Position numbers and translations under genes: made by a program. Of a stretch of DNA of 32,570 nucleotides, positions 1 to 9,762 are shown one piece after another (the first letter of the stretch is position 1; every line of letters starts with the position of its first letter). The DNA is from an uncultured Dehalococcoidales bacterium (GTDB taxonomy: Bacteria > Chloroflexota > Dehalococcoidia > Dehalococcoidales > UBA3254). A model generated the notes under the pieces. That model saw nothing but the letters and a program-made list of their open reading frames with translations, was not told the origin of the DNA and did not search any database. Where the stretch lies: the NCBI GenBank assembly GCA_964541585.1, contig CAZIQW010000001.1:10279-42848 (forward strand), given 5' to 3'.

Positions 1-122
1 GTATTCAGGATTATGGATGTAAGCCCCTGATGTTATTCCAATAAGGAACTTGGGGAGAACTTTGGATCCCGGTTTGTCCGGGGTAGAATGTTAATTGAGA
101 GATTGATTTTGGGGAGGTTGGG

Positions 123-1310
123 ATGGAGATTCCTTCAACAAGACCTTACTTCAGTGAGGAAGATATTGCTGCTATAGCGGATGAGGTGCGTTTGATATTA
201 AGGAGCGGCCGGCTGATTGTAGGTCCCTACACGGAGAAATTGGAGACAATGTTTCGGGAGTATTGTGGTGTTAAACATGCTGTCGCAGTAGGTTCATGCT
301 GTGCGGCGTTAGATATCTGTATGCGTTACTTTGATGTTGCCGGAAAAGAGGTAATCGTTCCCACCAATACTTTTATCGCTACAGGCAATGCGGTGATTTA
401 TGGCGGAGGGAATCTGGTACTTGCTGATATCAAGGCTGATACTTTGTGCCTTGATCCCGCGGAGATATCGAGGAGAGTGACTGAAAAAACTAAAGGCGTT
501 ATCCTGGTCCATGTTGGCGGATTGCCCTGCCCCGATACTGAAGAGATACGAAACATTTGCCGGGAGAAGGGACTGTTTCTGATTGAAGATGTAGCGCATG
601 CACACGGTGCGACTATCGATGGCAATAAGGCAGGCAGTTTCGGTGATGCAGGTTGTTTCTCTTTTTATCCTACCAAGGTAATGACAACCTGTACTGGCGG
701 GATGTTAACCACCAATGATAGTAATTTGGCTGATTTTGCCTTCAGCTTACGTCATCATGGTGTCGGCAAGGGCTTAACCCATATCATTAACCTGGGCTAT
801 GACTGGTTGATGGATGAGATAAGCGCTTTGCTGGGCATTTATCAGCTAAATGCGCTGGAAAACAACTTAACTCGAAGGAATGAGATAGCCCATAAGTATG
901 ATGAGGGACTGGTAGATGTCGAAGGGATAGCTTTATTCAAGGTGCCTTCTAATATACGCCATTCTTATTACAAATATCCGGTATTTCTTTCCGAGGCTTA
1001 TGATAAAAGAAAACTGGCTGAAAAAATGCAGCGAGAGCGCGGTGTCAGTCTTGGCTCGATATATGATCCTCCCTGCCATCTCCAGCCTGTTTACCGAAGG
1101 CTCTTTGGTTACTGCGAAGGAGCATTCCCTGTAGCTGATGCTATATTAAAAAGGGTCTCCTGTTTGCCCGTATTTTTCCAGATGACGGACGAACAGGTTG
1201 ACTACGTCCTGGAGTCTTTTCGAAATATACTGCCTGAATGCCTGACGGATTCTATGATACCAAAAGAGCAGTATCCCGATAAGATATCCGGCGACCTTAC
1301 CCCAGTATAA
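123..1310 (+). CDS. DegT/DnrJ/EryC1/StrS-family PLP-dependent sugar aminotransferase
   Basis: 395-aa ORF. Family hallmarks are readable in the translation: DVAHAHGA, and the PLP-lysine context FSFYPTKVMT. GGGGAGG (111-117) lies 5 nt upstream of ATG 123. Confidence 0.85.
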   Translation: MEIPSTRPYFSEEDIAAIADEVRLILRSGRLIVGPYTEKLETMFREYCGVKHAVAVGSCCAALDICMRYFDVAGKEVIVPTNTFIATGNAVIYGGGNLVLADIKADTLCLDPAEISRRVTEKTKGVILVHVGGLPCPDTEEIRNICREKGLFLIEDVAHAHGATIDGNKAGSFGDAGCFSFYPTKVMTTCTGGMLTTNDSNLADFAFSLRHHGVGKGLTHIINLGYDWLMDEISALLGIYQLNALENNLTRRNEIAHKYDEGLVDVEGIALFKVPSNIRHSYYKYPVFLSEAYDKRKLAEKMQRERGVSLGSIYDPPCHLQPVYRRLFGYCEGAFPVADAILKRVSCLPVFFQMTDEQVDYVLESFRNILPECLTDSMIPKEQYPDKISGDLTPV

Positions 1311-1410
1311 ATATATTTCCATTCTGCTGTCTTAAAAAGCTCACAATTTCATGAATACCAGCAGACCGGAATTATTACATAAACAAATAATAAATAGGGG
1401 GAGGGATGTG

Positions 1411-2130
1411 ATGAATAGAATTGCTACCATACATCAGCCCAATTACCTTCCCTGGATTGGGCTATTCAGTAAAGTAATGCAGACGAATTGTTTAATAATA
1501 GCTGATGTATTTCAATATATGCCCATAGTCAGAAGAAACAAGATAAGGACTGTTTATGGTTCCAGTTACCTGACAATACCGGTAGGAGCTCATCTAACCA
1601 GTGCCAGAATTCTGGAAGTGCCTTTACCAAAAGATAGCAGATGGCAGAGGGAGCACTGGAGGGAAATATATCGCAATTATCAGAAATCGCCCTATTTTGA
1701 AGAATATAAAGGTTATCTTGAATCTATCTACCAGCGGGATTACCGGTTCCTCTGGCAAATAAACCTGGAGATAATCATCTATCTTATGAGGTGCTTTAAT
1801 ATTAAGGTGGAAATAATCCTGGCCAGTGATCTGAACCTGGACCCTGAGTTGAAACACACGGATACGCTGATTGATATTCTGAAGAAAGCCGGAGCCAGTA
1901 CTTATATATCCGGGCCCAGCGGAAAGGATTATTTGGAGGTTGAGAAGTTCTCTCAAAATGGTATAGGACTGAAGTTCTTTAAGTTCCAGCATCCGGTATA
2001 CCAGCAAAGGTATCCAGGCTTTGAGTCGAATTTATCGGCCATAGACTTGCTTTTTAATATGGGTCCCCGGTCATCTGAGTTAATTAAATCTGCAGGAACC
2101 GTGGAAGAAATTGCCTGTCTTACTGTATAA
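1411..2130 (+). CDS. WbqC-like family protein (polysaccharide biosynthesis cluster protein of unknown mechanism)
   Basis: The N-terminus MNRIATIHQPNYLPWIGLFSKV is the characteristic WbqC-family start. The track ORF begins at 1351, but ATG 1411 is preceded by GGGGGAGGG (about 1397-1405), so I prefer 1411. Confidence 0.7.
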   Translation: MNRIATIHQPNYLPWIGLFSKVMQTNCLIIADVFQYMPIVRRNKIRTVYGSSYLTIPVGAHLTSARILEVPLPKDSRWQREHWREIYRNYQKSPYFEEYKGYLESIYQRDYRFLWQINLEIIIYLMRCFNIKVEIILASDLNLDPELKHTDTLIDILKKAGASTYISGPSGKDYLEVEKFSQNGIGLKFFKFQHPVYQQRYPGFESNLSAIDLLFNMGPRSSELIKSAGTVEEIACLTV

Positions 2131-2185
2131 AACCGGAGATTTCGAATTATATCATTATGTTTTACAGGCTAACAAAAGGGTATAA

Positions 2186-3679
2186 TCAATATTTGCGAAA
2201 CCGGTGATGGCGATATAACAATACAATAGTGGTAGTAATTGCAATTAAGACCAGTATGGCAATGATAATATAAATCAGGTAAGACCTTGCAGCCGGTACA
2301 TCTGCCTCCCTCTCAGCATCCCCTTCCGCATCTATGCAGCTTATAGAAGTTTGACCGGGACCATTTTCTGCTGCGAACATTTCTCCAGATTTAATGAAGT
2401 CACTGTATTCTATCAACCTGTCGCTTTCCGAATAATAGCCAGCCTTTATCCAGGCGCTTGGTCGGGATACGTTTGATAAGCGGACTTCGTCAATTCGTCC
2501 GATAAACCAGCCCCTGAGGTCTCCGGTCCCAATTCTCAGGGGAGCTGTTCCGTTTTGGAGTTCAATCGACGGTATATCGCCGCTGGCAGTAGTATACCTG
2601 GACTGGCCGGCAAGAACCCCGTTTCTATAAAAATAGATATAGTCCTGGTCTATTCTGCCGGTAATATTCAGCCATTCGTTAACTTCAATGGGTCGTTCTG
2701 AGTAAGCTCCGGCACCCAGACCACCCTCCAGGTTAAAAACATAAAAAGAAACCCTTTGCGGCCGGTCGGTTTCATCTTTATTATAAATTCTGAAGATCCA
2801 TTCGTTCTGATTGGAGTCGCACTTTCCTAAATAATGCGTGTAGTCTCCTCGATTAGCCATATTCAAAACTCCGGGACTGACCCAGAAACTGACTGTCAAG
2901 CCCTGGTTGCAGGATGGTGAAAAATCATCGCTATCCGGAACTTCAATATAGTTATTTTCAAATAACTGTCCGTCGCCGATTCGCCCGCTAACAATCTCGG
3001 GAAATTTTGAATTACCGCGTGCACTGCCAGTGGCGTGATGTCCGATTCCGGAGGAGTCCTTGAATTCCCCAATAGTTCCATTACTGCTTTCTCCAAGATG
3101 CAGTACCATTTTGAAATTGTCATCCCAGACATTTTCTGCCGGGACCGATTGTGTGTCGCCTACCATCTCGGTATTATCAAACTGATTTTTGTCATAATAA
3201 AAAAAGAGTTCCGTATCAACCGTATCGGAAATAAAGGGAACCTTTACCCATAGCCAGGCTTCCCGGGTAGCGGTACTCCACCTTTCAACTTCTACATAAC
3301 ACTGCGTTTCTCCATCAGCAGTGGTAATCGCTATCTTTTTTCGATTGTCATCATTCTCAAGTTCGTCAAAGATGAAATGAAGATTTGTTGAACTGGTTCC
3401 GGAGTACGTACTGAGAAATATCATCACAGGGAAATTGACCAGAGGTGTATCGATATTGGCATGGCTGATTGTCAGTTTTATTCTTTGGCCCCAACCGGTT
3501 AACCATGCATTTTCCGGAGTAGTTTCCGGATGCTTCTCGTTGACGGCAGGTGCAGCACTGGCAGTAAGGTAATAGTTCCTCTGGGTGTCTATTCCGGCTT
3601 CATTGAAAACGGAAATAGAAGTGATGAGGATACAAATAATACTCATCATCAATACTGCTCTCCAGGCTGTTTTTACCAT
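2186..3679 (-). CDS. Cell-surface protein with DUF2341-like and LamG/concanavalin-A-like domains, an N-terminal signal/anchor and a C-terminal TM tail anchor
   Basis: 497 aa. The N-terminus has a hydrophobic segment (AVLMMSIICILITSISVF). A DUF2341-like start follows (WGQRIKLTISHANIDTPLVNFPVMIFL). The central region is LamG-like (LTVSFWVSP...GRIDEVRLSN). The C-terminus is YLIYIIIAILVLIAITTTIVLLY followed by the basic tail RHHRFRKY. Confidence 0.6.
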   Translation of the reverse strand: MVKTAWRAVLMMSIICILITSISVFNEAGIDTQRNYYLTASAAPAVNEKHPETTPENAWLTGWGQRIKLTISHANIDTPLVNFPVMIFLSTYSGTSSTNLHFIFDELENDDNRKKIAITTADGETQCYVEVERWSTATREAWLWVKVPFISDTVDTELFFYYDKNQFDNTEMVGDTQSVPAENVWDDNFKMVLHLGESSNGTIGEFKDSSGIGHHATGSARGNSKFPEIVSGRIGDGQLFENNYIEVPDSDDFSPSCNQGLTVSFWVSPGVLNMANRGDYTHYLGKCDSNQNEWIFRIYNKDETDRPQRVSFYVFNLEGGLGAGAYSERPIEVNEWLNITGRIDQDYIYFYRNGVLAGQSRYTTASGDIPSIELQNGTAPLRIGTGDLRGWFIGRIDEVRLSNVSRPSAWIKAGYYSESDRLIEYSDFIKSGEMFAAENGPGQTSISCIDAEGDAEREADVPAARSYLIYIIIAILVLIAITTTIVLLYRHHRFRKY

Positions 3680-3949
3680 GCAGTCTTTCTCCTTGATTAC
3701 TTCTTATTATATTTTAACATTATCAAAAGCTTTCCCGGTTTACCTGGATGGTAACACCTGATATATTCTGGTCCAACGCAGATATTGCTATTAGGGTTAT
3801 GAGCCAAGTAGCTTAACCTGAGCAGACCAATCAAGTTAGATAATGGAGCTATCGCTAAACTGTATCAGTAATCATAGAGGATAATCACAGTTTAATATAG
3901 GCAATTTGGAGAATTGATTTTCTCCGTAATGCTGGTAGAATTGATAATT

Positions 3950-5248
3950 ATGCAGTTATTTGGGACCTCTGGTATACGGCGTATTGTAGATATGGGCCTG
4001 ATAAAGCTGGCGTTCCAGGTTGGGTTAGCAGTTGGAACGGTGTATGATAATGTGGCCGTTGGGAGAGATACCCGAACTTCTGGAAGTGTACTGCGCCATT
4101 CCGTGATATCCGGAATACTGGCTTCGGGGGCTGGATGTTATGATGCGGGGATTCTTCCTACTCCCACGCTCGCTTACATCACCCGGGAGTTCAAAGCCGG
4201 TGTAATGATTACGGCCTCCCATAATCCTCCCCAATATAATGGCATAAAGCTCTTGAATCCTGACGGGTCGGCTTTTTCAGCCACCCAGCAGCAGCAAGTG
4301 GAAGAACTGGTCTCCGGTACCGAATCGATTCAAATACAGTGGGACAGGATGCAGCATGAGAGCCTGTACAGTTCTGCATTAGAGAGGCATATATCCCGGA
4401 TTAGACAGGATTTTCCTGCAGGGATTAAACTAAAAGTAGTCGTGGACAGCGGTTGTGGAGCTGCCCATTCAATAACCTCCGGCTTGTTAACTTCGCTGGG
4501 ATGCGAGGTTATCTCTCTTAATGGTTATCCTCATGGGATATTCCCGCACGATGTTGAACCGATCGAGGCTAACCTGGGGGATTTGATGCAAGCGGTAACA
4601 GAATCAGGAGCCAGTCTGGGTATTGCCCATGACGGAGATGCTGACCGTATGATGGCTGTGGATGAACTGGGCCGTTTTATATCCGGAGACAAACTTCTGG
4701 CAATATTAGCTCTGTCTTCCCCCAACAATAAAGATATAGTGACTACCATTGATGCGTCTATGTCTATTGAGGAGATGGGTTTTAAAGTGAGACGGACCAG
4801 GGTAGGGGACCCTTATGTTTCTGAAGCACTGAAAAAAGGGGGAGATTTTGGTGGGGAGCCTTCAGGCGCCTGGGTCTTTCCCCTGGTGTCGCTTTGTCCG
4901 GACGGTATCTATGCCGCGGCCAGGATTACCGATATCGCGAGCAGGCAAAAACTATCTGAACTTGCAGACAGTATCCCGTCATATCCAATGATAAGAGGCA
5001 ATATTAAACTTGATAATACGGTGATGGATGAATTGAAGCCGGAGCTGCTGGCTGAGTTGAATCCTGTTTCGGTTGATTCTACAGACGGGTTGAAATTAAG
5101 ATTTGAAGACGGTTGGTTGCTCATCCGTCCTTCCGGTACGGAACCGAAATTAAGAATCACTGCTGAAGCCAGCAATGAAGCGGAAGCCAGGCAGATATAC
5201 GATCGAACAATTAAAATAATCCGGGAACGAACGGGGGGAAGTAACTGA
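3950..5248 (+). CDS. glmM: Alpha-D-phosphohexomutase, archaeal-type phosphoglucosamine/phosphomannomutase
   Basis: Motifs present: MQLFGTSGIRR at the N-terminus, the active-site serine loop TASHNPPQYNGIKL, the metal loop HDGDADR, the sugar loop GGEPSG and the phosphate loop RPSGTEPK. The track ORF starts at TTG 3914. ATG 3950 gives the family-typical short N-terminus. Substrate specificity is not determinable from sequence. Confidence 0.75.
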   Translation: MQLFGTSGIRRIVDMGLIKLAFQVGLAVGTVYDNVAVGRDTRTSGSVLRHSVISGILASGAGCYDAGILPTPTLAYITREFKAGVMITASHNPPQYNGIKLLNPDGSAFSATQQQQVEELVSGTESIQIQWDRMQHESLYSSALERHISRIRQDFPAGIKLKVVVDSGCGAAHSITSGLLTSLGCEVISLNGYPHGIFPHDVEPIEANLGDLMQAVTESGASLGIAHDGDADRMMAVDELGRFISGDKLLAILALSSPNNKDIVTTIDASMSIEEMGFKVRRTRVGDPYVSEALKKGGDFGGEPSGAWVFPLVSLCPDGIYAAARITDIASRQKLSELADSIPSYPMIRGNIKLDNTVMDELKPELLAELNPVSVDSTDGLKLRFEDGWLLIRPSGTEPKLRITAEASNEAEARQIYDRTIKIIRERTGGSN

Positions 5249-6459
5249 TGGCTGTAACCAGGGCTGTTATATTAGCCGCGGGGGAAGGAAAACGGATGCA
5301 TCCTCTCACTTGCACGCGTCCGAAAGTGATGCTTCCTCTGGCGAATAAACCGATTCTTGAGCACCTGATGCTTGAAATGAAACTGGCGGGTATTCAGGAG
5401 ATTATTCTGGTTGTGGGATATTATGACGATCAAATCCGGAATTACTTTGATGACGGTGGAAAATGGGAAATAAATATCCGTTATTGCTGTCAAAGGAAAC
5501 AGCTTGGAACAGCTGACGCTCTGCGTTTGTTGGATGGAACGCTCAAAGAGAGTTTTCTGCTGGTAAACGGGGATTCGATTTTTTATCATGAAGATATATC
5601 ACGGTTAACCGTACAGACTGAGAATGTATTAAGTATAATCAAATTGCCCGATGTTACCGGTTTGGGAGTGGTCGAAGTAAAAGAAGGGCAGGTAACGCGG
5701 ATATATGAGAAAACGGTTAAGCCTCCTTCTCAACTGGTAAATGCAGGCATGTATCTGTTATCCCCGGATATCTTTGAAGCTGCAAAAAAAACTGCCAGAT
5801 CAATGCGGGGCGAATATGAGTTGACCGATTCCATACAGATGCTGATTGATACGGGGCACAAGGTCCTGTGTCAGGAGATTGGCAGCTGGTTGAATTTTAG
5901 TTTTCCCTGGGACCTGCTAACGGTGAACGAAAAAATGATGAAAGACCTTGCCTCACAAAATCTGGGGGAAATCGGCCCCAATGTAGTTATTGAAGAGCCT
6001 GTATCGGTGGGAAAGGGTTCTGTTATCAGGCCGGGAACCTGTATTAGCGGGCCGGTAATAATCGGCGATAATTGTGATATCGGTCCCAACTGCTTCATCC
6101 GTGCGGGGACCGTGATAGCCGGCAATTGCCATATTGGGGCTGGAGTGGAGTTAAAAAATTCGATAATAATGTCCGGCACCAAGATTCCTCACTTGAGTTA
6201 TGTGGGGGATAGTATTATAGGTGAAGGGTGCAACCTGGGAGCCGGAACCAAGGTAGCCAATTTAAGATTAGATAGGCAAAATGTACGTGTAGACGGTATA
6301 AATACCGGGAGGCGAAAATTAGGCGCCATTATCGGGGATAATGTACAAACCGGTATTAATGCTTCCATCAATGTCGGTACGATGATTGGCAATAACACCG
6401 TTATCGGGCCCGGCGCCCTGGCCAGCGGTAATATATCTCCGGGTTCAAAAATCTTCTGA
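5248..6459 (+). CDS. Bifunctional-type sugar-1-phosphate nucleotidylyltransferase with a C-terminal left-handed beta-helix (acetyltransferase-like) domain; archaeal GlmU-like
   Basis: The N-terminus AVILAAGEGKRMHPLTCTRPKVMLPL is the nucleotidyltransferase signature. The C-terminal half is hexapeptide repeats (IGDNCDIGPNCFIRAGTVIAGNCHIGAGVEL...). The start overlaps the glmM stop (TGATG at 5246-5250), which suggests translational coupling. Confidence 0.8.
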   Translation: MAVTRAVILAAGEGKRMHPLTCTRPKVMLPLANKPILEHLMLEMKLAGIQEIILVVGYYDDQIRNYFDDGGKWEINIRYCCQRKQLGTADALRLLDGTLKESFLLVNGDSIFYHEDISRLTVQTENVLSIIKLPDVTGLGVVEVKEGQVTRIYEKTVKPPSQLVNAGMYLLSPDIFEAAKKTARSMRGEYELTDSIQMLIDTGHKVLCQEIGSWLNFSFPWDLLTVNEKMMKDLASQNLGEIGPNVVIEEPVSVGKGSVIRPGTCISGPVIIGDNCDIGPNCFIRAGTVIAGNCHIGAGVELKNSIIMSGTKIPHLSYVGDSIIGEGCNLGAGTKVANLRLDRQNVRVDGINTGRRKLGAIIGDNVQTGINASINVGTMIGNNTVIGPGALASGNISPGSKIF

Positions 6460-6469
6460 GGTGCAATTG

Positions 6470-7645
6470 ATGCAACAAGCCATAATTCTGGTAGCCGGTG
6501 AGGGAAGCCGTTTAAGGCCTTTTACAGTTAACAAGCCCAAGGCGATGATTTGTGTTGCCAGCAAGCCGATAATTCACTATATCATAGAGTCTCTGGCCAG
6601 CAACGGCATCCGCGAGATTATTATGATTGTCGGTTACAGACGTGAACAGGTATATGATTACGTTGGAGATGGCGGTCAATTCGGAGTCGAAGTCAAATAT
6701 CTCACTCAGGATAAACAGCTTGGAACGGCTCATGCATTAGCTCAGGCCAGGGGGTTTACCCGGGATGAGTTCCTGGTTTTGCCTGGAGATAAATTGATCA
6801 GTCCGGAGACTTTAGCTCAAATCGTTCAGGCACAACCTCCGGTTATTCTGGGAAAGAGGGAGGCCAACCCGTCTCGCTATGGTGTGGTTACCCTGAATAA
6901 CGGGAAAGTAACCGGTATCATTGAAAAACCGGTTCAGCCGCAAAGTAACTTGATTAATACCGGGATTTATGCTTTCAACAAGCAAATTTTTTCTTTCATG
7001 GAGTCCAAACTGGACATCCCCGATGTTATTAATCAAATGCTGCATGAAGGAAATCGATTTTCGGTTATGGAGACCGAAAAGTCCTGGCTGGATGTGGTAT
7101 ATCCCTGGGATATTTTGAATCTTAACACGGGGATTTTACAAGGAATCCCTGCCAGCCATAGCGGCATCGTGGAAAGCGGTGTTTTTCTCAAGGGAAAGGT
7201 CAATATCGGCAGAGGAACAATTGTTCGTTCTAATACCTATATCACCGGACCGGTAACAATAGGAGAGGGCTGTGATATAGGTCCCGGAGTCTGTATTTTC
7301 CCATCCACCAGTGTTGCCAATAATGTAGTCATCGGTCCCTTTACTGAAATAAGAAATAGCGTAATTGGTGATGATGTCAGCATATCTTCCGGTGCGGCGA
7401 TTCAGGATTCTGTTATTGATAAGGGCTGTAACATTGGGGGGCATTTTTTCGTTTGCAGCGAGATGGTGGATGTGAAAGTGGATTCGGAGTACCATATGGT
7501 AAAAGTAGGGGCCATGATAGGAGAAAGCTGCGATATTAAAAATCAAGTAATAGCCCAGGCCGGTGTAATAGTGGGAAATCACTGTCAAATCAAATCACAA
7601 AAAATGATAAGTGGAAGACTGACTGATAGAAGTATTGTGACTTAA
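6470..7645 (+). CDS. Second, paralogous sugar-1-phosphate nucleotidylyltransferase / left-handed beta-helix protein
   Basis: It has the same architecture as 5248-6459 (QAIILVAGEGSRLRPFTVNKPKAMI, then hexapeptide repeats). ATG 6470 is preceded by GAGGTG (6458-6463). The upstream 84 nt of the track ORF overlap the previous gene and are rejected. Confidence 0.8.
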   Translation: MQQAIILVAGEGSRLRPFTVNKPKAMICVASKPIIHYIIESLASNGIREIIMIVGYRREQVYDYVGDGGQFGVEVKYLTQDKQLGTAHALAQARGFTRDEFLVLPGDKLISPETLAQIVQAQPPVILGKREANPSRYGVVTLNNGKVTGIIEKPVQPQSNLINTGIYAFNKQIFSFMESKLDIPDVINQMLHEGNRFSVMETEKSWLDVVYPWDILNLNTGILQGIPASHSGIVESGVFLKGKVNIGRGTIVRSNTYITGPVTIGEGCDIGPGVCIFPSTSVANNVVIGPFTEIRNSVIGDDVSISSGAAIQDSVIDKGCNIGGHFFVCSEMVDVKVDSEYHMVKVGAMIGESCDIKNQVIAQAGVIVGNHCQIKSQKMISGRLTDRSIVT

Positions 7646-7658
7646 GTAGAATGGCATA

Positions 7659-8285
7659 ATGTTAGTTTTTGGACATATTGGAATTACTCTGGGTGCAGCC
7701 CTGGTTTTTAGTCAGTTAATTAAAGTCTTACCAAAAAGTCCCCGACCGCAATCACTGACCGAATCGGAAATTACTTCCCACAGAAACAAAGTGGATAAAC
7801 CGGCTTCAAACACCGGGATGGGTTTAACCGGTTATATCTTCTGTGGGGTAGGCGCAATTTTGCCGGACATTATTGATAAGCCGGTGGGAATCTATTTGTT
7901 CAGTGAGACATTTGGTAATAATGGGCGGATATTTTCCCATTCTCTCCTTTTTGCCCTGGCAATTCTGGGAATCGGAATAATATATTACAAATTGAAAAAA
8001 AGGGTCTGGTTCCTGGCTCTGTCTTTTGGTGTCTTTATGCATCTGATACTGGATTTTATGTGGCGGTCTCCCCGCACTTTTTTCTGGCCGCTTTTGGGGT
8101 TGAACTTTCCCGAGGCACCCGAAAGGGGCGACTGGCTGATACGGGTAGTTGATAATTTAGTCAATAATCCGGCAGTTTACGTTGCCGAAATAGTCGGGAT
8201 AGTTATTGTCATCGGGTTTTTGATTACCTGGGTGATAATGCGCAATAAACGTGTTGTTCCTTTTATGCGCAACCGGCGCAGTTGA
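7659..8285 (+). CDS. DUF457/YdjM-like membrane-bound metal-dependent hydrolase
   Basis: 208-aa polytopic membrane protein. Family-like conserved positions: N-terminal FGHIGIT, LPDIIDKP, SHSL and MHLILDF. Confidence 0.55.
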   Translation: MLVFGHIGITLGAALVFSQLIKVLPKSPRPQSLTESEITSHRNKVDKPASNTGMGLTGYIFCGVGAILPDIIDKPVGIYLFSETFGNNGRIFSHSLLFALAILGIGIIYYKLKKRVWFLALSFGVFMHLILDFMWRSPRTFFWPLLGLNFPEAPERGDWLIRVVDNLVNNPAVYVAEIVGIVIVIGFLITWVIMRNKRVVPFMRNRRS

Positions 8286-8669
8286 CGAGATTTCCATTTT
8301 GAGCGGCATTTTAGTGTGTCTCTGAAGATTATCATTTGCCATTTGATGAACAGTTCTCCCCGGTAACTTATTTTACCAGTCGACTCTAACTGCCGCCAGT
8401 GCATTTAGTATAGATGCCCGTTTCTGTTTTGACCGGTAAGCCATCAGCTAAGATAAATTGTTCATTATGATACAGCCGATATGGGTGCTCTTTTCACAAA
8501 GACTCTGTAGCTCGCCGGCATCCAGGCACAGGATTTCTATTGATCCAAGCACTCTGTTAATTCTCATAAAGTAATGAAGTGTAGAGAAGGGCGCCAGCTA
8601 TCGGATTATTAACCTCAGGAGCTACGGAAGCTGCTAACTTATCCGGTATTGAGTCTGGCTTCAGTCCGG

Positions 8670-9413
8670 CTAATTGGAAGGGACTTCCGGCAAAGCTTCA
8701 TTCCTGACCGGTTTGGGCTGGACCAGCCTGGCCAGCCAGATACTTATCTCGTAAAGTACAATCAGGGGAAGCCCTAGAAGTATTTGACTGACTACGTCGG
8801 GGGGTGTCAGTGTTGCCCCCAGGATAAAGGCCATGACAATAGCATATTTTCGTTTGGAGGCCATCCACTCCGGAGTGATAACACCGATTCGGGCAAGGAA
8901 AGTACTGATTACCGGTAATTCGAAAACGATACCGGCGGCCAGCATGATTCTGGTAGCTACGGAAATATAACTTGAAATCCGAATCTGGGCTGTGGCAATT
9001 TCATTGCCGAAGGAGGTTAAAAATTGAACTGCCGGCGGTAAGAGAACAAAATAACTGAAGGCGATTCCAGTAGCAAACATGATTATGATAAACGGAAGCA
9101 CCAGGAACACGCTTCTTTTTTCTTTGGGAGTGAGGGCCGGGGTGACAAACATCAGGATGTGATAGAGCAGATAAGGCATGGCCGCCATGATACCGGCAGT
9201 CAGACACACCTTCAGGTATACGCCCAGCATCTCGGTCATATCGATAAAAACCAGCTCCGCTGTCTTAAGGGGTAAAGTTAAAAAAACCATTATCTGGTCA
9301 GCGAAAATGAAGGCGATAAGTGAGGCTACAACAACCGCTATTGCCGACTTGAGCAAGCGGCTCCTGATTTCAACGAGGTGACCGATAAAAGTCATCTGCG
9401 TGTCTTTATTCAT
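8670..9413 (-). CDS. tatC: Twin-arginine translocase subunit TatC
   Basis: 247 aa with six predicted TM segments. The TatC-typical N-terminus is MTFIGHLVEIRSRLLKS. It sits adjacent to two tatA genes. The alternative start at M7 (9395) is not excluded. Confidence 0.85.
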   Translation of the reverse strand: MNKDTQMTFIGHLVEIRSRLLKSAIAVVVASLIAFIFADQIMVFLTLPLKTAELVFIDMTEMLGVYLKVCLTAGIMAAMPYLLYHILMFVTPALTPKEKRSVFLVLPFIIIMFATGIAFSYFVLLPPAVQFLTSFGNEIATAQIRISSYISVATRIMLAAGIVFELPVISTFLARIGVITPEWMASKRKYAIVMAFILGATLTPPDVVSQILLGLPLIVLYEISIWLARLVQPKPVRNEALPEVPSN

Positions 9414-9438
9414 GCCATAAATTCCTGTTTATCCCGGG

Positions 9439-9654
9439 TTAATCCATTCCATTCTTGTCCGGTGGAGAGCCGGTTTTCTGTTCTTCAATCTCTTTATTTA
9501 TTTTGCTGGAGAGGTCCGAGGTAGCTTTTTTAAAATCCCGGATTGTTTTTCCCAGATTACGACTGACTTCAATAAACCTGCCCGGACCGAAAATAAGGAG
9601 GGCAACAACCAGAATAAGAATAATCTCTCCGCCGCCAATGCCCAGAAAGCTCAT
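9439..9654 (-). CDS. tatA: Twin-arginine translocase TatA/TatB-family protein
   Basis: MSFLGIGGGEIILILVVALLIFGPGRFIEVSRNLGKTIRDFKKA shows a single TM, the FGP hinge and an amphipathic helix. ATG 9654 is preceded by AGGAGG with about 5 nt spacing. The track start at 9672 is rejected. Confidence 0.8.
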   Translation of the reverse strand: MSFLGIGGGEIILILVVALLIFGPGRFIEVSRNLGKTIRDFKKATSDLSSKINKEIEEQKTGSPPDKNGMD

Positions 9655-9762
9655 GATTCCTCCTGATTTCACCTGAAACAGGCAATACTACCACTCTGTC
9701 TCCGGTAAAAAATCAATTCTGCGGGCCAGTATGACAACAAATCCTGTTCCAGCTATAGTTTA

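Noticed and set aside
6386-6469. N-terminal extensions of track ORFs (6386, 1351, 3914, 11706, 28011, 21980, 9672, 32433).
   Set aside because: In each case an internal start has a properly spaced Shine-Dalgarno and gives the family-typical N-terminus. The extensions overlap upstream genes or lack any ribosome-binding site.
8286-8669. 384-nt gene-free region downstream of tatC and the DUF457 gene. It includes a CAGGAGCU-ACGGA-AGCUGCU hairpin (about 8617-8640) that loosely recalls the SRP RNA apical domain.
   Set aside because: It lacks the conserved SRP symmetric-loop sequence (GGAA tetraloop with AGCAGC). The flanking pairing is poor. No tRNA, RNase P or tmRNA hallmarks were seen. Nothing here can be supported by eye.
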